From the NCBI GenBank assembly GCA_021783135.1, contig JAJXUE010000007.1, forward strand, positions 15,136 to 79,135: 64,000 bases of DNA, read 5' to 3'. The translations under genes were made by a program, and so were the position numbers. Positions within the stretch are counted from its first letter, which is position 1, and each line of letters starts with the position of its first letter. The notes beneath the pieces are model-generated. The model was given only the letters and a program-made list of their open reading frames with translations, was not told the origin of the DNA and searched no databases. This DNA comes from Bacillota bacterium (GTDB lineage Bacteria; Bacillota; Desulfitobacteriia; Desulfitobacteriales; JAJXUE01). Of this stretch, positions 58,639 through 64,000 are shown piece after piece.

Positions 58639-61600
58639 AGCAAAAAGTAATTATTGCTATACCCTTGGCGTTTTTATGCTGTCTGCTATTTTCAACGCAA
58701 GTCTTTGCCCTGTCCGGCAGCGACATTACGCTGAAAATACGCTCTCCCGTAAACAGCCTGACCAGTGAAAGCGGTGTGATCGCGGTGGAGCAGTTTCCGG
58801 CAGAAATTGCCATCAGCGTTGCGGCAAAGGCGGGCAATTTGGCAGGAATACAATTAAGCCATAACGGTCAGACCCTGGAGATTCCGGCGGACCACATTCT
58901 GACCATTGCGAATAAAGAAGCCTGCGGGGTGTATACCCTGACAGCGAAAACAGATGGGGGCGCAGTCCTCACCATAAGCACAAATGTAGTATTCCAGGTA
59001 AAAGCCACATACAATATCCGCTACCGCACGGTAGGGATGAATTTGAAGGAAGCCTATGATGGAGCAGACAAGCTAAAGACCTTCCCCACACCCCAGCGCA
59101 TTGACCTGGTGCAGGCCAACACCATCGCCGGATACGAGCAGAAACGCTTTGCCGGGCTGATCGGCAGGAGCGACGGCAGGACCTACACGTTGAAGGGCAG
59201 TCTGGTGGTGGAGGTTTACGACTATTCCACCGGGAAGGTCATCGGGACCTATGATGCAAATCAGGATTTTGATGCCCTGACTAAAGGTTTTCATTGGACC
59301 ACCAAGAGCCTCATGGCCTTTGAAACCATGCGGAACACGGCAATCACCTATCAAGCCCCTGTGAAAATTGACGTCCAGGCTACATGGTGCAGTGAAGACA
59401 AGCAGGAGGTGTACGGCAAAGCTACGGCACAGGACAGGGGTGTGCCGGAATACCTCTATCCCTACCAGACTACCAGCGTCACCTTCTCAAAGGATGATAT
59501 CCCCCTATCGCGCAACTATATCTATAGAGGTCTGGAATGGGATTACAAACCGGAAACTGCCGGATACACCGATGGGGAAAGTCAGACCCAAACGGTAATT
59601 ACTCAGAAAATCAATTATATGATTCCAGTAGCGAATTTTTACTTCAAGTTTAAAAAACAGGATGGCAACGACCTTTCCGTGAGCATCCACGCCCCTGAAA
59701 CCGTCTACCGAGGGGATAGCTATTCTTTCGAGGAGGTTTTTACCAACCATGGCGCAGCACCTGCCTATGATGTGCCCTTGATCGGCACCGTAGACCGGGA
59801 GCAGATGAAAGAAATCCCTGCCAAGCAGGATTTCTCGCCTAACGAAAGCAAAACCTTCACCCTCACACGGAATACTGACAAAGCAGGGGCAGTCATAACG
59901 TTGTGGGCGCAGATCGAAGTGCCCGAGGGATTTATGGATAAGAACCCGGAGAACAATACCGCGACATCGGTCATCCGGGTGGTGGAAAAACCGGAGCCGA
60001 CCCCAAGCCAGGGGAAGAACCCCGAACCGGACAAAGAAAATCCGCCACCGGCGGAAAATCCCGACCCGGAAAAGCTGTGTGATGAATCGGCAAGCATTGC
60101 AGCGCCGCCCACCGTTTACGAAGGGGAGACTTATCGCTTTACGGTGAGCTTTACCAACCATTCCGACAGGATGCTGAAGGATGCAGGGGTACAGGGGAAA
60201 AACAATGAGGTCGTTTTAGACTCAATTCCCAAAGCGCTTGACTTCAATCCCCTGGAAACCAAGACCTATACCCGCACCGGACAGGCGGGGCATGTGGGTG
60301 AGGTATATAACCTGTGGGCGAATATCGGAGTGCCCGAGGGCTTCCAGGATGAAAATCCGGTCGATAACACCGCGGCTTCCAAAATTACTGTTGTGGCAAA
60401 ACCCTCGGGCAATCCGCCCAGAAACTCGGATAATCCACCCAACAATCCGGATAATCCGCCGAAAAACCTGGACAATCCACCTAAAAATCCGGATAATCCG
60501 CCGAAAAACCCGGACAATCCACCTAAAAATCCGGATAATCCACCGACAAACCCAGACAATCCACCTGAAAATCCGAATAACCCGCCAACGAATCCGGTTC
60601 CCCCCCATGATCCCGGACATCCGCCCGTCGACCCGGTGGTGCCGCAGGAGAAGCTGTGCGATGTATGGGTGAACCTGTCCTACCCGCCCACGGTCTATGA
60701 GCAGGAGGAATATAGCTTTACTGTGTACTTCGGCAATGACACGGATAAAGCGCTGTCAGGGGTAAGCTTAAACGCTTCCATTGACGGTAAGGCAGTTTCA
60801 GCCGTACCGACTGCGGCAGATTTCCAAGCCCATGAAACTAAAGCCTTCCTTGTCAAAGGCAAGGCAGGAGAAAAAGGCACAACCATCCGACTGTCGGCCC
60901 AGGTGTCGCCACCTGCAGAGTACAGGGATACCAACACAAGCAACAACCGAGCTGAGGCAGAGCTTTCTGTAGTGGAGCGTCCCTATGACTTGGATGTGCA
61001 GCGGATCACGCCCGACTGGTACAAGGAGAATCAGACGGTCATCAGCACCATCAAGGTGTCAAACCGGGGAAGCCTGGACTTTACGCCTGGACAGAAGGTT
61101 TCAGTCCAGTTTGAAGTCCCGGAGCTTTTACTTAAAAAACGTATTGATGCTATCGTCATGGAAAAGGATACATGGAACGTCGTATCGGTCAAATGGGATA
61201 CCCCCAACGTGCAGGCCGATAAAAACATCACCCTGATTGCGGTCATCAATCCCGACCAAGTCCTGGACAATGAAACATCCAACGCCAACAACACCTATAC
61301 CCAAAAGGCCATCATCAAAAATGTAACCTATGATGAGCCGGAAGAGAATACAACCATTCCTGCACCACCGCCAAGAAGTGAGCAGCCCAGGGTGACCTGG
61401 AAGGAGCAGCAATATGAAAACGACCGGTTTGTTTGGAAAGACTTCTACGCCGAGCTAAAAGTAGATGCCGTCCTTGACTATGAAACAAAGGCAAAAGGCT
61501 ATATCAAATCGGGATATGGTTTTTCCATCAATGTTACGACCTCTGTGAATACCAACTATGATAAGTCGGAGCTGATTACTGCGCCGCAGACTGCCGAGGT

Positions 61601-61874
61601 CTATCTGCCCCAGTACCGCTATGAAACAGCCATACCACTAATGAAGGAGGGCGACCATTTTACATTCAAAGAAAATCTCACTTCACCCTTTCGATACAAG
61701 AAGCAATATGTCCCGGTATGGTTCCCCGATGACAGGGACTATATCGTGCAGCTCCTTGTCACCGATGTGCACACTCCCGGAGGTACCCTATCTAAATGGA
61801 TCACCGGAGGAAATCTGAAAATGAAGGTGGTTGACAGCATGTACTCCGATGATGTCACCACGGGAAGTCCATGA
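58635..61874 (+). CDS. Secreted 1079-aa CARDB-repeat protein with Pro/Asn-rich heptad stalk (candidate pilus-associated adhesin)
   Basis: Signal peptide MKQKVIIAIPLAFLCCLLFSTQVFA. Four CARDB-like modules of about 110 aa each end in E/D-N-x-x-N-N (about 59672-59995, 60074-60410, 60652-60985, 60985-61320). There is a (D-N-P-P-x-N-P)n linker and no LPXTG motif. Confidence 0.7.
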   Translation: MKQKVIIAIPLAFLCCLLFSTQVFALSGSDITLKIRSPVNSLTSESGVIAVEQFPAEIAISVAAKAGNLAGIQLSHNGQTLEIPADHILTIANKEACGVYTLTAKTDGGAVLTISTNVVFQVKATYNIRYRTVGMNLKEAYDGADKLKTFPTPQRIDLVQANTIAGYEQKRFAGLIGRSDGRTYTLKGSLVVEVYDYSTGKVIGTYDANQDFDALTKGFHWTTKSLMAFETMRNTAITYQAPVKIDVQATWCSEDKQEVYGKATAQDRGVPEYLYPYQTTSVTFSKDDIPLSRNYIYRGLEWDYKPETAGYTDGESQTQTVITQKINYMIPVANFYFKFKKQDGNDLSVSIHAPETVYRGDSYSFEEVFTNHGAAPAYDVPLIGTVDREQMKEIPAKQDFSPNESKTFTLTRNTDKAGAVITLWAQIEVPEGFMDKNPENNTATSVIRVVEKPEPTPSQGKNPEPDKENPPPAENPDPEKLCDESASIAAPPTVYEGETYRFTVSFTNHSDRMLKDAGVQGKNNEVVLDSIPKALDFNPLETKTYTRTGQAGHVGEVYNLWANIGVPEGFQDENPVDNTAASKITVVAKPSGNPPRNSDNPPNNPDNPPKNLDNPPKNPDNPPKNPDNPPKNPDNPPTNPDNPPENPNNPPTNPVPPHDPGHPPVDPVVPQEKLCDVWVNLSYPPTVYEQEEYSFTVYFGNDTDKALSGVSLNASIDGKAVSAVPTAADFQAHETKAFLVKGKAGEKGTTIRLSAQVSPPAEYRDTNTSNNRAEAELSVVERPYDLDVQRITPDWYKENQTVISTIKVSNRGSLDFTPGQKVSVQFEVPELLLKKRIDAIVMEKDTWNVVSVKWDTPNVQADKNITLIAVINPDQVLDNETSNANNTYTQKAIIKNVTYDEPEENTTIPAPPPRSEQPRVTWKEQQYENDRFVWKDFYAELKVDAVLDYETKAKGYIKSGYGFSINVTTSVNTNYDKSELITAPQTAEVYLPQYRYETAIPLMKEGDHFTFKENLTSPFRYKKQYVPVWFPDDRDYIVQLLVTDVHTPGGTLSKWITGGNLKMKVVDSMYSDDVTTGSP
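60408..60596 (+). repeat. In-frame 21-nt tandem repeat, 9 units, encoding (D/G/N)NPPxN(P/L/S)
   Basis: Units were read directly. The pair of units at 60450-60491 is repeated at 60492-60533 with 41/42 identity. Confidence 0.9.
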
Positions 61875-62284
61875 TGCTGCTGCTTTACGCCATCCCGATG
61901 GTCTGTGCTGCCATCACGGATTGGAAAAAACGGATTATTCCCGATTGGACATGGATTGCCATTCTTATGGTGGGATTTGCTTCTGCGGTCATCAATGGTA
62001 AAGGAATCTTATATATTCCCCTGCTTGAAAGATTTACGGGACTTTTGTTCCCGGCAGTCTGCCTTCTTATGATTGCTTTCAAATGGGGCGGTGTTGGTGG
62101 AGGAGATATTAAGCTGATGGCAGCCTTAGGCTTTTGTTTCGGGCTTTACGGACTTGTAGCCATCCTCTTTTTTGCTGTCATCCCTGCCTGCATTTATGCC
62201 AGAGCGACAAAGCAAAGGAGCGTGCCTTTGGCCGTATTTTTGTGCATCGGTTTCTTTGTATATGCCGGTCTTTTACTTTCATAG
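61871..62284 (+). CDS. A24-family prepilin peptidase (TadV/CpaA-like)
   Basis: 137-aa polytopic protein with two Asp motifs (AITDWKKRIIPD; GGGDIKLMAALG). ATGA overlap with the upstream gene. Confidence 0.75.
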   Translation: MMLLLYAIPMVCAAITDWKKRIIPDWTWIAILMVGFASAVINGKGILYIPLLERFTGLLFPAVCLLMIAFKWGGVGGGDIKLMAALGFCFGLYGLVAILFFAVIPACIYARATKQRSVPLAVFLCIGFFVYAGLLLS

Positions 62285-62351
62285 AGGGGATATTTTTTGA
62301 AAGTATTATTGGTGCTGCAGATTTGCAGCCCTTTATAGGGAGGAATATTGT

Positions 62352-62783
62352 GTGATACATTTTCACGATGAAGTCCACCGGCAGAAGGTCGTAAACTGCT
62401 TGCAAAAGGAAAACAGGATTTATCCCGATGGCAGGGCTGACAGCTATTACCTGCCTGCCCTGTATCTGCTTCTCTCTACAAAAAACGATCTGTATAAAAA
62501 GACCAGCAGGTATATCGACAGGGATGGCATCGACTTTGAAAAAATGCTATCCAAACAGGACTTTCCCAGCAGTGAAAGAAAGCTTATCAAACTGGCGGCC
62601 AATCTTTTCAACGACTCTATGGAGGTTTCCCCTTCGGAGTTGATCGACACGCTGGATGAGGAAAACTTTACTCTGGCTATGCAGGCCATTTTTCTCAAAC
62701 GCACCAGTTGCCACGTTCAGGAGCTGCTTCCTGCTGCAAAGGAAGTTCCTGAACTGGAGCCACAGTATGAGCTGAAGATGTAG
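62352..62783 (+). CDS. DUF6075-like protein (conjugative-element associated)
   Basis: 143 aa. The pattern ...F...EH......L.......D.YY.PALYLL... ...R.LIKLAANLFN is as recalled for DUF6075. GTG start after GGGAGG. Confidence 0.45.
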   Translation: MIHFHDEVHRQKVVNCLQKENRIYPDGRADSYYLPALYLLLSTKNDLYKKTSRYIDRDGIDFEKMLSKQDFPSSERKLIKLAANLFNDSMEVSPSELIDTLDEENFTLAMQAIFLKRTSCHVQELLPAAKEVPELEPQYELKM

Positions 62784-62839
62784 ATGGATTGACCTCCACG
62801 CTGCAGATAAACAAATTCTCATAGATGGGAGGATTGAAA

Positions 62840-64000
62840 TTGAATGAAATAAAAATAACGGTTTTAAGAGATGATCTCTGCGATAACTCCAGCTATATCG
62901 GTGCACACCTCTGTCTACCTGCAACGAATGCCGAAATACAGGATGCCCTTGAAAAAGCAAGGATCGATGATGAGCATCCAGATTTTATGGTAGTGGATTA
63001 TGCGTGTGGGCAGGATTACTTAAACGAGCTTCTGCCGAAGAAGGCTTCGCTTTATGAGCTTGACTACCTCGCAAGGCGGCTGGCCAGTATGGATGATTTT
63101 GAAAAAGTAGCTTTTGAGGGAGTAGTAAAAATGGAGGGAGCGCCTGACCTTGTTAAGCTCATCAACCTCACCTACAACCTCGCCGATTGTAATGTAGCCT
63201 TTGCAGTGTACAATGACAAGCAGCTCGGCAAATTTTATGTCGACAATGAGTTCATAACGGAGCTGGAGAAAGTGCCTGAAAAAGTGCTGCAATACCTCGA
63301 CTATGAAAAGGTGGGACGTATCCACAGAGAGGCAGAAAAGGGTGTGTTCACGAAAACCGGTTATGTAGTGCAATCAGAGCCGGATATAAAGGTTGTCTAT
63401 GACAGCACCAACATTCCCAAGCCCGATGACGATAGCGGATATGTTTTCAAGCTGTATCTTATAGAAGGATGTTTTGAACCGGAAAAAGCAAAAGGGGTTT
63501 GGCTGAAGCTTCCTGCATCGGAGGCAGAAATCGTGTCGGCCCTGGCGGAGATCGGGGTGGCTTCTTTATTTGATTGCGTTTTTACCCACTGCGAAAGCAG
63601 CATGCCCTGCTTCGAGGATGTGTTCTCTGAAAGTGAGGACATAGAAATGCTGAATATCTTAAGCAATGCTATTTCAAAAATCATAGATAGCAATATGGGC
63701 ACTAAGTACAAAGCTGCCCTTCAATATGAATACTGCACCGATCTGGACTTGGCCATTGACATTGCACAAAACCTGGACTGCTACAGCTTTTATTCCTCTC
63801 TTTGCTCACCAGAGGACTATGGACGGCAGGCACTGCTCAAAGCATCCGGGCTCCCGCCCGATGATATAGCCTTTAAGTTTCTTGATTTCAGACAGTACGG
63901 TGAAGCAAAAATGAAGGAGCATGGGGTGAAATTCACAGATTACGGATTGATTTGCCGCAACGAGAAAGAGTTTGTGTTCGAATTTTGTACCAGACCGCAA
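62840..64000 (+). CDS. ArdA-like anti-restriction protein, at least two modules, 3' end outside the window (absent from the ORF track because no stop is reached)
   Basis: Frame is open from TTG 62840 (7 nt after GGGAGG) to nt 64000. Module ends are LQYLDYEKVGRIHREAEKGVFTKTGYVV and FKFLDFRQYGEAKMKEHGVKFTDYGLIC. Confidence 0.65.
   Translation, partial: MNEIKITVLRDDLCDNSSYIGAHLCLPATNAEIQDALEKARIDDEHPDFMVVDYACGQDYLNELLPKKASLYELDYLARRLASMDDFEKVAFEGVVKMEGAPDLVKLINLTYNLADCNVAFAVYNDKQLGKFYVDNEFITELEKVPEKVLQYLDYEKVGRIHREAEKGVFTKTGYVVQSEPDIKVVYDSTNIPKPDDDSGYVFKLYLIEGCFEPEKAKGVWLKLPASEAEIVSALAEIGVASLFDCVFTHCESSMPCFEDVFSESEDIEMLNILSNAISKIIDSNMGTKYKAALQYEYCTDLDLAIDIAQNLDCYSFYSSLCSPEDYGRQALLKASGLPPDDIAFKFLDFRQYGEAKMKEHGVKFTDYGLICRNEKEFVFEFCTRPQ

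Larger units (their letters stand above)
45775..64000. mobile_element. Integrated conjugative-type mobile element (left end at the rumA 3' end; right end beyond the window)
   Basis: Sharp change in base composition and codon style after the rumA stop. All recognisable genes are MGE-associated (DUF4314-like, ArdA-like array, MerR cassette, Tad-like pilus, DUF6075-like), and gene remnants are present. No recombinase is visible. Confidence 0.8.

Noticed and set aside
60408-60596. Short regularly spaced repeats, considered as a possible CRISPR array
   Set aside because: The units are contiguous 21-mers with no spacers. They are in frame inside a coding gene and encode a heptad peptide repeat. 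No cas genes are present.
59505-60620. Several minus-strand and alternative-frame ORFs (218, 132, 144, 115 and 97 aa) within the CARDB gene
   Set aside because: They are artefacts of the long stop-free repetitive Pro/Asn-coding region. The plus-strand frame with a signal peptide and four repeated domains explains the sequence.

Overview
The window has two parts. Nt 1 to ~45,775 is conserved chromosomal backbone of a moderately GC-rich monoderm (Firmicutes/Bacillota, Clostridia- or Negativicutes-like) genome. It holds the purD 3' end, ppnP, an ABC transporter with no adjacent binding protein, a Na/Pi cotransporter and a short-form hcp with a CRP/FNR-type site. It also holds an MCP, a TrpR-like yerC/hisR gene followed by hisZ-pfk and a complete hisGDCBHAF(IE) operon, dcd, class I fbaB, lutAB-like genes and a His-rich CDF exporter. 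The block pcrA - CBS-pyrophosphatase - ligA - gatCAB follows, then a homocitrate-synthase-family gene paired with NAD-type isocitrate dehydrogenase (candidate Re-citrate synthase), a HAD hydrolase, a CPBP protease and rumA/rlmD. Immediately after the rumA stop, composition and gene content change. At least 18.2 kb of an integrated mobile element runs off the right edge, and no integrase, relaxase or T4SS gene is visible in it. The element carries four intact ArdA-like anti-restriction genes, built from single or tandem-fused modules, plus decayed fragments of others. It also carries a small MerR(Hg-type)/thioredoxin-like/CopZ-N-like cysteine-rich cassette that appears to have replaced part of one ArdA-like gene. 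Its largest block is an 11-gene Tad/Flp-like (type IVc) pilus operon with twin pilin genes, a 1079-aa CARDB-repeat secreted protein and a prepilin peptidase. The element-borne Tad-like pilus sitting among anti-restriction genes is the best candidate for an uncharacterised system. No rRNA, tRNA or CRISPR was found. All family assignments come from reading the translations and recalling motifs; no searches were run.
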